Source of the DNA: Selaginella moellendorffii
Taxonomy: Eukaryota; Plantae; Lycopodiophyta
Assembly: GCF_000143415.4 (NCBI RefSeq)
Contig: NW_003314322.1
Location: 94,886 to 158,885 of the forward strand
Reading direction: 5' to 3'
Length of the DNA: 64,000 bases
Shown: positions 1 through 12,844 of the stretch, in pieces
How the letters are laid out: every line of letters begins with the position of its first letter
Numbering within the stretch: position 1 is the first letter of the stretch
Made by a program: the position numbers and the translations under genes
The notes under the pieces: generated by a model
Databases searched by the model: none
Seen by the model: only the letters and a program-made list of their open reading frames with translations
Told to the model about the DNA's origin: nothing

Positions 1-1287
1 TTCAGTGTATCATCCTCAAACTGATGGGCAGTCCGAGCGAACGATTTAGACGTTGGAACAATTCTTGAGGTGCTTCATCAACTATCATCAGGATAACTGG
101 TTCAATATCCTTCCCCTTGCTGAGTTCTCCTATAACAACTCTGTTCACTCCTCTCTTTGAATTTCCCCCTTCTTTGCAAACTCTGGCCGAAATCCCTGAT
201 TCAATCTCTCACTTCTTTCTCCATCCGAATCCTCTCGTTCAAATCCCCGCTCTGAGGCATTTGTCTCCAGCCTCCAGGAAATCCACAACTCCATCTCCTT
301 CCACCTCCATCGTGCTCAGGAATCTCACAAAACATTTACCAATGTCCATCATCAGGATTGTCCCCCTTACAATATCGGGGATAAAGTCTGGCTCCTCAAG
401 TGAAATATCTCCACCACCAGGCCCTATCCAAAACTTGATTTCAAATGCTTCGGTCCTTTCCCTATCACTGCCATCATTAATCCTGTCACTTATCGCCTTG
501 CAATTCCCTCCTCATATCAAATTCACCCTGTTTTTCACTCCTCTCTCCTTGAGCCTTATATTCCCAGTCCTATTCCCAATCGGGTCATTCCTCCACCTCC
601 ACCAGTGCAGCTCGAGGATGGGTCTGAGTACGAGGTTTAGGACATCCTTGATTCCAAGATTTCATAGTCTAAACTCTACTATCTAGTCGACTAGAAGGGT
701 TACGGACTTAAAGAACGCACTTGGGAACCTGTAGACAACCTGATTCATTCTCCTGACCTTGTTCAGGACTTCCACTGCCACTATCCTTCTCATCCCAGTC
801 CTCATTCTTTTCCTCCATCTCCCATCCCTCGCCGCTCATCTCATCCTCCTCGTCGTTCTCATTCACATCCTTGTTCCACTCATTCTTGAGGAGGGGGTGC
901 TGTCAAGAATCCCTCAATTCTTGCCACATTCCTAACTCTCGCCGGATTCCTGATCTGCAGACCACATTCCTGATTCTCGAGACACTTCCCTATTCCTGAC
1001 TCTCAAGACACTTCCCTATTCCTGACTCTCTGATTTCTTGTACGATTCCTGAGTTTCGAGCCACATTCTTGATATTGATGTGGCACCTCCTCGACCTCAG
1101 CTATATTTAGGCCATCCTCAATCCGAGAGTGGTGGAGCTTCATCGACCTATAGTATATATAGGTTAGCCTTGTTCTATTTCTCCACAATTTAAATCAACA
1201 CCAGTCTAAGGCCTCTTCTTTGTTTCCACTAGCTTTTCTCTTTGTCTTTTGCATTTTCCAATCTTGATCTTGTTGGGGGTCTTGACA
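1..1287 (+). mobile_element. 3' half of a Ty3/Gypsy chromovirus (integrase end, chromodomain, PPT, 3' LTR)
   Basis: Frame from nt 2 reads [30 protein letters not shown] (integrase core). Later PPPVQLEDGSEYEV*DILDSK..YLVD*KGYG..ERTWEP..NL (chromodomain). PPT gaggagggggtgc precedes TG at 901. Confidence 0.95.
901..1287 (+). repeat. 3' LTR of chromovirus
   Basis: TGTCAAGA...TCTTGACA inverted termini; reverse-complement homologue at 7213-7573; followed by CATTG (1288-1292). Confidence 0.95.
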
Positions 1288-1324
1288 CATTGTACATATA
1301 TGCTCCTTCAGAATCAAGCTCAAC
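1288..1324 (-). pseudogene. FGAM synthase (PurL) fragment, N-side of the retrotransposon target site
   Basis: Reads VELDSEGAYMYN on the minus strand and joins in frame to 7579-7704. Confidence 0.8.
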
Positions 1325-1424
1325 CTGCAAAGTTAAACATATCATAAGGTGAAATACCCTTGAAAAAGAAAAAAATCTGGCTGAGCTGCAGGATGCTCAT
1401 CAATGCTCTGGTATCAATTTATAT

Positions 1425-1450
1425 TCCAGCAGAGCTGGGGTCTCTGCTAT
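1425..1450 (+). mobile_element. Degenerate Helitron 3' end
   Basis: ccagc-aga-gctgg hairpin + ggtctctg + CTAT; intact copies (18331, 49709) end in CTAG. Confidence 0.65.
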
Positions 1451-2262
1451 AATAGTACTGCACGATAGGAATAAAGTGGGTAGGTAGAGAACAAAAACAA
1501 GTTGCCATTCCATAGCCAGAAAAAAAGCTATTTTGATTCACTAAGATCAAGGTACAATTTAGTATAGTACTTTTTTCATTTATAATTACAGAATTTTTGA
1601 AACTCTTACAGATTTGAAAACTCATGGCCTCTGTTGTGGCAAGAAACTGTGCTGTTGGGATCCAAGGCAGTCCTCTAACAAACACCAGATAAAGTAATAA
1701 TAGCACAAATAATAAATATTCACCTATAGCCAGCAACGAAGTAATGGACGACAATGAAGATTTGAACCTTGGCAAGCTCGTCAGACCCATATCTCATTAC
1801 CCATTATACTTTTAGCATTGACCATTGAGCGTCATATACCAAAAGAAGAAAAACAAGAAGAAAAAGAAGGGCAAGAACATCGTGAAGAAGAAGAAGAAGC
1901 AAAAATCTTAAGAAACAGAACACAGTGAAAGCTTGGAAATGGAATAGAAAATGCGGCCTACAGACATATGTCCTTTCAGAACCTTTCTTTAGTTGGCTGA
2001 ATTTTCCTATTTCTTGTGCAGAGGTTGAACTTTGTCAAACTATGAGCGCTAGCTTCCCCGGATTTGGATGATGTCAAAGGATTTCTTAAGCATGGAAACA
2101 CTCATCAGAGGCAGCAGACACAATTTATGACGACTTAACTTGGACTATAAGAGCCTTGTATCAGTGGCCCACTTCATCATGGAACAATGCTCATCTTTAG
2201 ATCATCAATCACTGCCAAGAAAATTCGAGGAGGAAGAAGACATGCCAAGCTGCAATACCTGA

Positions 2263-2800
2263 GGATGGGAGGTTGGAGAGGGAACATTTTGGTTTTGCTT
2301 CTGCTGTCTCTGAGCTTGGGTGTTTTGGCTCATGATGAGAGTGGAGGATACAGGAATGGCTACCACAGTTACTCGAGATCCTGTCCTCAAGCCAAGAGAA
2401 TCATCAGAGACACTCTGAGCAAGCATACCAATTGGCACAGGACGATACCAGCAGGAGTTCTTCGCTTGCACTTCTACGATTGTTTCATCGACAGGAGTAG
2501 CTTTGCAAGATTTAAATTCTGGTCTTCTAACTTTGCTGTTCTTCAGAACTGTGATGGATTAGTTCTTCTTGACTCAACTCCCACCGATGGAAGTAAAGTG
2601 TAAAAATTGTCCCTTCCAAGCCTCATGTCCGCCAAGAGCTTCATTTTTGTCCTGGTGTTGTCTCCTGCGCTGACACTCTTGCCATAGCTGCCAGATATTC
2701 AACCGTCATGGTAAGTTTAGCATCTTTTTAGAAATACTGGATCAAGTTCTAAGATGGAGAGGAAAGTATTACCAAGTCCGAACTGGATGCTACCATAGAA
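2263..2800 (+). pseudogene. Class III peroxidase fragment
   Basis: Signal peptide, YSRSCPQA, LRLHFYDCF, CDGLVLLD, CPGVVSCAD; stop codon and deletions. Confidence 0.88.
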
Positions 2801-3455
2801 GAGTTTCCATCCAGAACGTAGCAACACCTTACAATCTCCGTTTGGGGATGCATCAGCTCTCATTAAAAACACTGGATATTTCAATTGGCTCCAAAACTGT
2901 AAAACAGTTGTAAATCACAAAATTTACGAACCAGCCAGTTCTCGCCTTTATAGGATGATCCTTTTGACAGCAGAATAGTACGCAATGGCCAGCTCAATCC
3001 AGGGCACTGGAATTTGAAGACATTGCAGCCAATTCTTGGAGATCTTCCGAACAAACAATGGAGGCTGAAGTGAAATCCAGTAAAGTTTACCTTCCATGTA
3101 CCAACTTATAGCATGGCAGGAGAGTCCCGCAGCCAAGTCATGGTGTAGGCGTACTTCATCATGAGATTGAGCAGTGGGCGCTCCATCACCTGCTCTTGAT
3201 TCTACACAAACACATCCAGCCGAAACCAGAGTCACTCGTGGGACTCGATGTCTGGGACACAGGAATGCCACTTGTTTACTCCTCCCATTTTCTCCTTGGC
3301 CTCGTTTTGGATGAAGGCCTGGTCCTCGAGGATGGCAGCATCCATGCTCTTTTTGCAGCGATACTCCTCTCGCCCCATGTTTGCCCCAATCTGCCTGATC
3401 ACCCTAAAAAATTTCACTTTTTTTTGGAGCATCATTGAAATCACATTGAAGCGTC

Positions 3456-3734
3456 ACCACCCTTTTGGCATGTGATCTATGCCATCTATTTGAATTTTTT
3501 GAATTTGAATCTTTAAATTATAAGTATATTCACAAATAATATTCTAAAAATGGAATAAAAGATGCCAGATGCTATATGCCAATAGCACTTTTAAATAAGG
3601 GAGTACTAGCAAAAGTCCCAGCTACGCTGGGAGCATTGTCTTTATTTTTGATATTTTAATAATTTCAAAGAGTTGTAAGCGTAATTGTAATTTTAACATA
3701 ATCATAATTATAAGATATATAATTAAACATAACA
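3456..3734 (-). mobile_element. Helitron 3' end (CTAG 3606-3609) abutting a family-B Helitron 5' region; truncated at the inversion breakpoint
   Basis: Minus strand cccagc-gta-gctggg acttttg CTAG|tactcccttatttaaa; near-identical to 55210-55490 and similar to 23380-23570. Confidence 0.85.
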
Positions 3735-6060
3735 TAGTCGGGCTATCGTGGCACGCCATCAGAACCAACCTTCGAGCATCACCTTCAGGAATGTAAAGCT
3801 GCTCCCCACGGTATAATAAGCCATCTAAAAACTCGAACTCGTCAAATCGCCGGCAATCGGGAGTCACTGGGTGTCCAGCCTGAAGATGGGGGAAAATGTC
3901 ACTGGCGAGATCATCGGATTGAAGATCGTTTCTGATTGCATCCATCAAGGAGGAGTCCTGAGGGGCCAGGGAAATTGCCATAACTTGAAGCCGATCAGGA
4001 CCGAGGATAACTTGATCCTGTTGATTGAAGGCAAGATTACCAAGCTTGAGACTAAGATAGGAGTGCTTTGAAAGAGCATCAAGAAGGCCTTGAAGCTTTC
4101 CAGGTCTGTACTTGATAACAAAGTCAAACCAACTCAAAAATTGTGCCCACCTTGTTTGACGACGGCTTAAAACTCGGGAAGTGGCAAAGTACTCGAGATT
4201 TTTGTGATCCATCCAGACTATTGTTTGATGGCCCGCCCCCTCCAAGAAATGGCGCCACTCTCCAAAGGAATCCACGATGGCAAAGAGCTCCTTGTCGTGG
4301 ATTTCGTAATTGATCTCCGCAGGCTGGAATTTCCGAGAATGGAAAGCGACCGGATGAAGTTCTTGATCCGCTCCGAGTTGAGACAGCACAGCACCAATGG
4401 CAAAGTCGAAGGTGTCAACCTCGATGAAGAAAGGTTGTGAAGAATCAGCATGGATCAAAACGGGAGCAAAACTGAAGGCTGCCTTGAGTGTGTCGAAGGC
4501 ATGTTGGGCAACAGCAGACCAAGAGAAGGGAACATCCTTGCGAGTGAGATGCGTGAGAGGAAGGACAATATCAGAGTAGTGATCAATGAATTTGTGGTAG
4601 AAGTTGGCGAAGCCAAGGAAAACCTAAACGTCTGACATTGATTGTGGAGGCTCCCACTCGAGAATAGTCTTGACTTTGGCAGGATCCATCGTGATACCCT
4701 CAGGAGTGACAATGTACCCAAGGAACTCCACAGACTGCTGATCAAAGGAACATTTCTCAAGCTTTGCGTATAGGCCGTGTTCTCGCAGCTTTGCCAGCAC
4801 CTTGCGTACATGTTTGTCGTGCTCCTCTTGAGTTTTTGAGTAAATGAGGATGTCATCGAGGTAGACGATCACCATCTAATCAAGAAACTCCCGAAAGACG
4901 TCGTTCGCCATGTGTTGGAAAACTGCTGGAGCATTTGTCAAGCCAAATGGCATGACAGTGTACTCAAAGTGGCCATAGCGGGTTCGGAATGCAGTCTTCC
5001 ATTCATCACCAGGCCGGATCCGGATTAGGTTGTATGCGCCACGGAGGTCAATCTTGGTGAAGAAGCGGGCACCACCGAGGCATTCCAACAGGTCCGAGAT
5101 CAGAAGCAGCAGATAACGGTTCCGAACAATCACCTTGTTCAAACCTTGGTAATCGATGACTAGCCGCAAACTCTCATCCTTCTTCTTGACAAAGAAGATA
5201 GGCACTCCATCTGGGGACTGTGAATGCTGAATGTACCCCGAGGCAAGGTTCTCATCCACGTACTCTTTGAGGGCCTTAAGCTTGGACGGGGATAACCCAT
5301 AGATAGGCCCCCACAGAGGTGATGCTCCTTCCTGTAAATCAATGGGACACTCATAAGGCCAATGAACAAGCAGTACACTAGCTTTTTTCTTGTCAAACAC
5401 ATCCCCAAAGTCATGATACTTCTCAGGAAGACTGACAGGAAAAACATGCAAAGCAAAAAGGAAAATAGGTTCTTCATGAAGGAGTTCTTTCATAGTGATT
5501 GTGGAGATAGGAGGAGGTGTACGACTAAATGGAATGATGAGACGAGGATACTGTCCAGTGTAAGATGGAAGAGAGGAAAAAGAAGAGGGTGAAAACTTCA
5601 TAGAGTCAGGAACACAACCCCGATTTGAGTTTAGGGAATTTTTCCTGATTTGGACTCAATGAACAGTAGGGGAAGCCGTGGGAGATGGTGATGTGGGAGA
5701 GATGAGCTGTAATTCCTTCCAACAAATCTGAGGTTGATGTAGTCGGAACCAAGGAAGACCAAGCACCACAGAGGAAGACTTGTTGTTGATGATGTTGAAG
5801 GCGATATTGGTGAGGGTGGACCCGATGTGTATTCGAACGGGCAACATTTCCCTAAGTCTAGAAGATGGAGACACAAAATGCCCACCAATGCCTTCAACCC
5901 TCAGATCCCGTATGGTAGGAGAAAGAGGAACATGATGTCGGGCAGCAAAGTCTGTGTCCATGAAGCAGGAAGTTGCACCCGAGTCCAGTATTGCCAGAGC
6001 CTTGAGTCCTGATTGTCCGGTGAAAGAAAGGAGGCATGGGACGCGGAAGTTGCGGGAATT
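3735..6060 (-). pseudogene. Chromovirus pol (PR-RT-RH-partial IN), disrupted
   Basis: ORF pieces 5656-6237, 4876-5601, 4624-4875 and 3622-4458 carry canonical motifs. Confidence 0.93.
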
Positions 6061-6143
6061 GGTGGTGGCTTTGATGAAAGGTGGTGAGGAGCTTAATAAA
6101 AAAGAAAAGTGATTTTTATTCGGGGAGTCCAAACAGACAGCTC

Positions 6144-6985
6144 CTACTCTGTTTGAATAGGGTTGTTTCCTGACTGCAACAGAGGTGGACTTTGAGGTAG
6201 AGTGAACTCGAGCAGTTGGGGAGGCTTCTTGGGACACACAGCTGCTTTATGATTAGGATCAGCACAGTAGAGGCAAAGATTATGAGATATTCGACGTTGC
6301 TTCTCAGCAGGACTCAACTTCCCTCTAATGAGTCGGGGAGTACCAGAAATATCCATCGGGACCGGAGCAGTAGGTTCAGGAGTATGCCCCGAAGACTCAA
6401 GCTAGGATTCCTGAGTCTGGGACGGAAAAACAGCGGCACGGCGACTTTTCTGATGACGTTCAAAGAGACGATTGTCACATTGAACAGCTTTGTTGATGGA
6501 GTCCGACAGGTCCTTGGGATCCTCCATAGTGAGCAACAAATCCTTGACACTGTTGTTGAGGCCAAAATGAAATTGGTCAATCAGAGCCTGCTCATCCCAC
6601 TGAGTGTCCAAGGCAAGGAGTTGGAACTCTGCAACGTACATCGAGGCAGGACGAGACCCCTGAGAGAGACGTCTCATCTTTGTGGTAGCAGCCTGAACCC
6701 GATCCGTCTCGCCAAAACATGCTTCGAGCTTCTCTTTGAACAATTGAGGATCCATCAGCTCCGGAACCACGACCCCTTTCATGCTCTTCTCCAGAAGAGG
6801 AGAAAACCATGACAAAGCTGCACCTTCGAGCAACGTCCCAATCGTGCCGATTTGAGACTCGGGAGTGGGGTACCGCCGATGTTGAAGTGCAAAGATCAGC
6901 TCCATTTGGTTCAGAAATCCGCGAAGCTCCGAACGCTTGCTTGAAAATTTCACCTGGAAACTCACCTTTGGTTCAGGAACTTTGC
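6144..6985 (-). pseudogene. Chromovirus gag
   Basis: KFSSKRSELRGFLNQ, LSQGSRPASMYVAEF, F.FGL, CCHC knuckle; frameshifted. Confidence 0.9.
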
Positions 6986-7195
6986 TGGATCCTTGAGCCG
7001 AAAGTGAAGCAAGCTCCTACTGCATGCAAAGAAGGGTCGCCTTCAGCTTGGTATTCTCAAACTAGATTTTTGCAAGGACTTCAGCAAAGAAATCAGGATG
7101 GCTTGGAGACTCCATTGGCAAGAGGAAAGAAAAAAAAAGGGAAAAAAGACAAAGGCAATCAAACAATCAAAACGAGCTAAAGCAAAAGCAAAAAG

Positions 7196-7210
7196 CACAA
7201 TCTGAATCAA
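7196..7210 (-). promoter_or_regulatory. Self-priming (Tf1-type) primer binding site
   Basis: No TGG tRNA PBS after the LTR. Instead 15 nt are perfectly complementary to LTR 7302-7316, which lies ~25-30 nt downstream of a TATA (7339-7346). Confidence 0.75.
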
Positions 7211-7212
7211 AC

Positions 7213-7573
7213 TGTTAAGACCCCCAACAAGATCAAGATTGGAAAATGCAAAAGACAAAGAGAAAAGCTAGTGGAAACAAAAAAGAGGCCTTAGACTGGC
7301 ATTGATTCAGATTGTGGAGAAATGGAACAAGGCTAACCTATATATACTATAGGTCGATGAAGCTCCACCACTCTCGGATCGAGGACGGCCTAAATATAGC
7401 TGAGGTCAAGGAGGCGCTACATCAATATCCGGAATGTGGCTTGAGACTCAGGAATCGTACAGGAAATCAGAGAGTCAGGAATAGGGAAGTGTCTCGAGAA
7501 TCAGGAATGTGGTCTGTAGGTCAGAAATCCAGCGAGAGTCAGGAATGTGGCAAGAATTGGGGGATTCCTGACA
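7213..7573 (-). repeat. 5' LTR of chromovirus
   Basis: Reverse complement of 901-1287 with substitutions and one indel; flanked by caatg (CATTG on minus) at 7574-7578. Confidence 0.95.
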
Positions 7574-7578
7574 CAATG

Positions 7579-7704
7579 CTGCTGTTTCTCTTTGCGACAC
7601 TATGATCGAGCTTGAGGTTGCAATAGAAGGTGGAAAGGACAGATTGTCAATGGCTGCTCAAGCAGCTGGTGAAACTGTCAAGGCACTTGGGAATCTCGTA
7701 TTTG
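7579..7704 (+). pseudogene. FGAM synthase (PurL) fragment
   Basis: AAVSLCDTMIELEVAIEGGKDRLSMAAQAAGETVKALGNLVF resembles the plant PurL MIELGIAIDGGKDSLSMAA..GEVVKAPGNLV motif. Confidence 0.88.
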
Positions 7705-8076
7705 GTACACCAAACAGCTCTTTTCTCATGAGCTTACATTCTTCCTTTTCTCTTCCAAAAGGTACTCCGACACTAGAGCATACAGTCAATCCAAGCTCGC
7801 GAACATCTTCCATGCCAAAGAACTGGCAATGAGATTCAAGGTATTTGTCTAATGCTTTGAAATCTCTCCCACCTTTCTCTTTTGTCAATGCTTTCTCTTT
7901 CACTGATTAGGCTGACATCACAGCCAACGCTGTTCATCCAGGGTTTATAATGACACCTTTGATGCGGTACACATGTCTCTTTGCCTCGTCATTGTTTTTG
8001 GTTACTTATGGAACTTTGATCTTCATGCAGGGGTTCTCAAGTTTTCTCCAGCTTCCTTTTGAAAAATGTGCCACAG
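7703..8076 (+). pseudogene. Tic32-like short-chain dehydrogenase/reductase fragment (spliced)
   Basis: Exons YSDTRAYSQSKLANIFHAKELAMRFK, ITANAVHPGFIMTPLMRY, LLKNVPQ with GT-AG introns; paralogue at 53851-54400. Confidence 0.85.
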
Positions 8077-8079
8077 GTA

Positions 8080-11000
8080 ACCTATTATTATTTGGTAGTA
8101 TATATTTCTAAATTTCTAAAAATTTTATATATATTTCTTTTAATATTTATTTTTAATATTTATTTTCTAATTTATATAAATTTAAAAAGTGTAATGAATT
8201 TTACAAATCATATTTTGTCTACAGGAGTAGAGTTTTCTATAAGATTCAATTTAAAATTAATATAATTCACAGCTGTAAATAGTATTTTTATAAATTTTTT
8301 GATAAATATATGCTATTTATGTTATAAAACAATAATAAATTTTATATTATTTGAAACAAAAAACTTTTATTATATTTTTATTTCATTTTAGTATGATATC
8401 TAATTTTATAATTTTATTATTTATAATTTTTTAAATTTAAGAAAGTGAAGAATAAAATCCAAAAGTAACGATTTACTCACAGATGACAAACTTAATACTA
8501 CAATGTTTTCCTCTAAATTAAAAAATTAAATTTAAATAATAAAATCTTCAGATTTTTCTTAATACATAATACATATAAATATTAATATGTATATTGTAAT
8601 GTGTTAGATCCTTGTTTATATTTAAAACATTAATCCTTATATAATCTAGGATAGTTGGTGATCATGTTCACCTTTATATAATTGCTCAATAGTGAGTAGT
8701 GTTGAATAATTTAATTGTAATTTATTTTTGATTGAAGTCCATAGTTTTATCATAAAGCATTATTACCGGTTTAATTTTTGTGACCACTGCGAGTAGTTTT
8801 TAGGTTGTTTCCAACTTTAAGTAACCGATGATTATAGATAGATTTACTTAAGTATATATTTAAATGTAAAAAAAAACATATAATAGAAATTCTATTAATA
8901 TTTAGTAAACTATGAAGTCTACTATGAGACAATCTTGAATAAACTATGAAAAAATCTTGAATAAAATTATTGGAGGTTTCATACTTTATTAAATCTTTTG
9001 AAGTCATAACTTTCATAAGCTTTTATAGTCATAACTTCTAGCATGATATCATTTAATTATAATCTTCATGAAGCATAGTTTATTATTTTCGACTTTATTC
9101 CTAACAATCTAAATATTTAATTGGGAGTTGTTGTACTAATTTTTAATCTGAATCTCTTTTCATGAGAAGTTCATTAAGGCCACTCTTTTCAATAAAATTT
9201 TGTTCTTATTCTATTTTTTTCCTTCTCAAGTATTTTTGTTCTTTCATCATTTAAATTCATAGTAGTTATCTTTTATGTTATAAATTAGAAATGTCTTACA
9301 CACTCTTGATCTATTAGTAAAGTATGTTCTGTATTATAGGTGAATTAATATTTTTATTTTATAAATATTTAATATAAATATTTTAAAAATACTGTTTCTA
9401 TATTTCCCAGCAGAGTTGTTTTTTTCTCACAAATGTGATATATAGGTTTGCTCTTTTTAGAAACCATTAAATCTTATACTTTTAAATACTTAATTCACCA
9501 TTTTGAGCCAAGAAGATATTTTCCTTATGTTTTGATAGGGATTGAGATAATACAAATGCAGAAGAAATCTAGAGCAAGATCAAAAGACTTATGTAAACCA
9601 TATATTTATTACTATAGAAAATAAATCATTTCGTCAATATTGAGACAAAAGACAAAACTCATGTAAATCTGCAGATAGATTTAAGTAAGATTATGAGCAA
9701 GAAGACTGATTGAAAATATAAAAGACTTTGCAAATTTTTTAGATATTATTAAGATATGAATTTGATATGAGATATCTTATATCATATTAGATACCAGTAG
9801 ACATGAATGCATAGTTTTATCATGAAGCATTAGTACAGGTTTGTCTTAATACAAACGTTAATGAAGATAAAAGAGAATATTAGTTTAAGAAGATCTATAA
9901 AGTTTCTCTTATGTAAAAGTTTTCTTGAAATAGTTTTTCTATCTTTGGATGGATGGTAAAACTAGTGCATTGATATTTTATTTTATGTTTCCTTATCTTC
10001 CGTGATTTGTTATAGTGAGTATTATTTCTACAACAGCACAGAGGAGCCCAAAAGGTTGTTTATCTATGATATAAGAACATAAACCTCTTAGTATATAAGG
10101 AGAAAGGTAAACAAGATACCTATGTCTATCATTAAAATAAACTACTCATTGCTATCTCTTATGGCATGACATCCAGATGACAAATATTCCAAACCATCTT
10201 AAGTGCCACCAACTAATAAATCATAATGATATAACAAATGCACAATACAATGAATATAGATGGTAGTAAATTCTTGAAAAAATTAACCTTGTATGCATTT
10301 AAAATAGTAAGTTTGCCAACCAAGGTATATTCCCAACAGAGTTGGGATCTTTGCTATGGTAAGAGAGCACGGGTCTCAGGAGAGTTATGGTTATTAGCTT
10401 TCATTCATAAGGGTGTAAACTTACAAAAAAAGTATGGTGAATTATATGCAACAAAAAAGAACAACTTGAAAGATGATATATAGAAAATTATATATAAAGG
10501 GAAAATATTTTTAAATAAAAATGCACATTTTATTCCAATTGGTTAAAGGTATTAGGATACTCGGGAGGTTAAATATCTTAGGGTTTGAGTAGGATGACCT
10601 CCCAAAATGTTGAAATTCAAGAGTTTTCTCAAATAAAACAAAACTTTCAGCTTCATATATATATAAAATTTTATAAAGAATCTTACAATCTATTGTGTTG
10701 CAAAGAACTATTATGCATTTCTTAGATTTTGAGACTTTATATTTTCTTAATATATCTAGAACCATTCTCCATTACTAGTTTATGAGGTTTAATATAAATG
10801 TGGTAGCAAGCTAAATAGATTTATTTATGTATGTTTTAAAATGTCATTATAGTTCAGATAAAAAGAATTTAACTCAGTATGCAATTAAAATTATAATTTC
10901 TCCAAACTAAACTGTTATTTTTTGGTAGTCTATAATTCTTTGGTTTTGTGAAAACTTAATTGCTTTTAAAGTATGGCAGAAATCTGTAGATGTGTTTAGG

Positions 11001-11249
11001 GTTGTGCACCTTTTTATAAAGGCAATAAAAACATCAAATTCAAATTTAATAATGATAAAAAATTATCTTACTTCTTCAACATGCATTATTATCTATTTTT
11101 ATTATTGTACATTTCTTTGAATACTAGAAAATTTTAGATAAATTTAACTTTATTTATAATAAAAATTTCTAATATTGTAAAAGTAGAAAAGAAGTATTAT
11201 TTATTTTGGGTATGTTATATCTCCCAATGGAGGTAGGGTCTCTGTTAGT
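8080..11249 (+). mobile_element. Very AT-rich non-coding region, probably Helitron interior, ending in a decayed 3' end
   Basis: No credible ORFs; ends cccaatggaggtagggtctctg-TTAG|t, a decayed version of the 49709 terminus. Confidence 0.5.
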
Positions 11250-11390
11250 ACTTATATATTTAAATGAAAGAGCCGGTATAATAATAGCATACGCTTATTT
11301 TGGGCATATACCAAGATCTAACGGCTGAGATATAATTACAGAAGGTCATAACTTTTCAAATCAGAAATTTTTAATTGTGGCTTTTAGGGT
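11250..11390 (+). mobile_element. Helitron family-A 5' region
   Basis: acttatatatttaaatgaaagagc..ataatagcata..gggcatat..tctaacggctgagat, shared with 14440-14610, 49590-49708 and 61410-61557. Confidence 0.7.
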
Positions 11391-11704
11391 GAACGAGAGC
11401 GAGGAGAAGCATGCTATGCAAAGAGCAGGCAAATATATGGGTTACTGCAAGGTTCTCCCTCTCTCCTTCTTTCCCTGTGTGTGGGATTATATGCAGAATT
11501 CTCTTTCAGTATACTTCGGTTATAAATTATATTTTCTTCTGGTAAGAAAATGGTGCTGCGTACATGGTGCTGTGTGCATGCTGCCTCCTCTTTGATAAGG
11601 TTTGTTTACATGTTCTGCTATACTGGCTGAAAGTGTATAGCTTGCTTTCTCTTTTACAAATCTATCCACAACATAGCTGTCGGGTCTTGCCTCCATTTCT
11701 CTGT

Positions 11705-12770
11705 CACTGTTCCAGTAGCATCCAAGACTGTGTACATGACAGCCATTGAAAACCACAAGAGGTACTCACAAAGTCTTACAAAAACTTGTAGATTGATCTG
11801 TGTGGTTTTTAGAGATTATCCAGGCTCAGGATCTTTGTATAACACACCAGACTCAGGTGGCAAGTGTGGAGTCCCATATCGAACTTATTTTCAGATGCCT
11901 GTCCAAGACATATGGTACTCGATGGCTATCGGCCCCATGCATTTCACAGTCATCTCTATAGAACATGACTGGAGCTCGACCAGCGAACAAGTATGCATTC
12001 TTATTCTTTTCATCTTTACTTCAACAAAACCTTCTTCTACAGTACGCTTGGATGAAATCTGACCTTGAATCTGTCGAAAAATTCAGTACACCATGGATAG
12101 TTTTCACAGGGCAACTGTTTTTATCCACATTTTCATTCTGTAAACTCATGTGTGCTACTTTTCTTTCAGTCATCGACCTATGTACTCCACTCAACTGTAA
12201 ACTTTACCAAATGCGGATCCAAAATTTGTAGCAGCTGTGGAACCATTGCTCTTGAGAAACAAGGTAAAACACGAGCTCTTCAAAGGGAAAACTAGAATGA
12301 AACTGTCGTTTTTCTTTTTTTTTTTTTTGCACAGGTTGATTTAGCAGTGTGGGGGCATGTTCACAACTACGAGCGAACTTGTGCTGTGTTTCAGGGCCGC
12401 TGCCTGCAGCACCCGATCAAGGATTTAGGGGGTGTCATTTCTTTGACACTAGAATTTACTCAGCTCCAATTCATGCCATGGTTGGCATGGCCAAATTCAG
12501 CCTGGATGACTTCCCTCATAACGTAAGCTTGCAGCTTTGTTTCCTATATTCAAGCTCTTTATATGGTAATGATAGTCTACCTTTCCTATTTTTTTTGTCG
12601 ACAGTTTAGTTCATGGAGCTTGATTTGAAGGTCAGCATTTGGATATGCAAGAGTGACAGCTGATAAGACAAAGCTACTGTTTGAGGTAGATGAATTGCGT
12701 TCTTGGTTCTTGCATGTTATTTATTTATTTTTCATTCCAGTACATTACAACAGATGGAACAGTAGCTGAC
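11705..12770 (+). pseudogene. Purple acid phosphatase / nucleotide pyrophosphatase-phosphodiesterase, 3' fragment
   Basis: YMTAIENHKR|DYPGSGSLY.TPDSGG.CGVPY, HRPMYS, VDLAVWGHVHNYERTC; short introns; stop codons; altered GNHE motif. Confidence 0.92.
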
Positions 12771-12844
12771 TGCCAAGCTAGACTGGGGATTTTCCAGGCC
12801 GTGAATGATTTCAAGCTTTACAAGTTCAATAGTTGGCTTGTAGA

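Larger units (their letters stand above)
3735..7573 (-). mobile_element. 5' half of the same Ty3/Gypsy chromovirus (5' LTR, gag, PR, RT, RNase H, start of integrase)
   Basis: gag with CLYCADPNHKAAVC knuckle; protease LDSGAT; [24 protein letters not shown] and YLDD; RNase H NYEIHDKELFAIV; ends at integrase CHDSPT. Several stops and frameshifts. Confidence 0.96.

Noticed and set aside
117-686. 189-aa ORF as a host protein
   Set aside because: Alternative frame over the decayed integrase/chromodomain.
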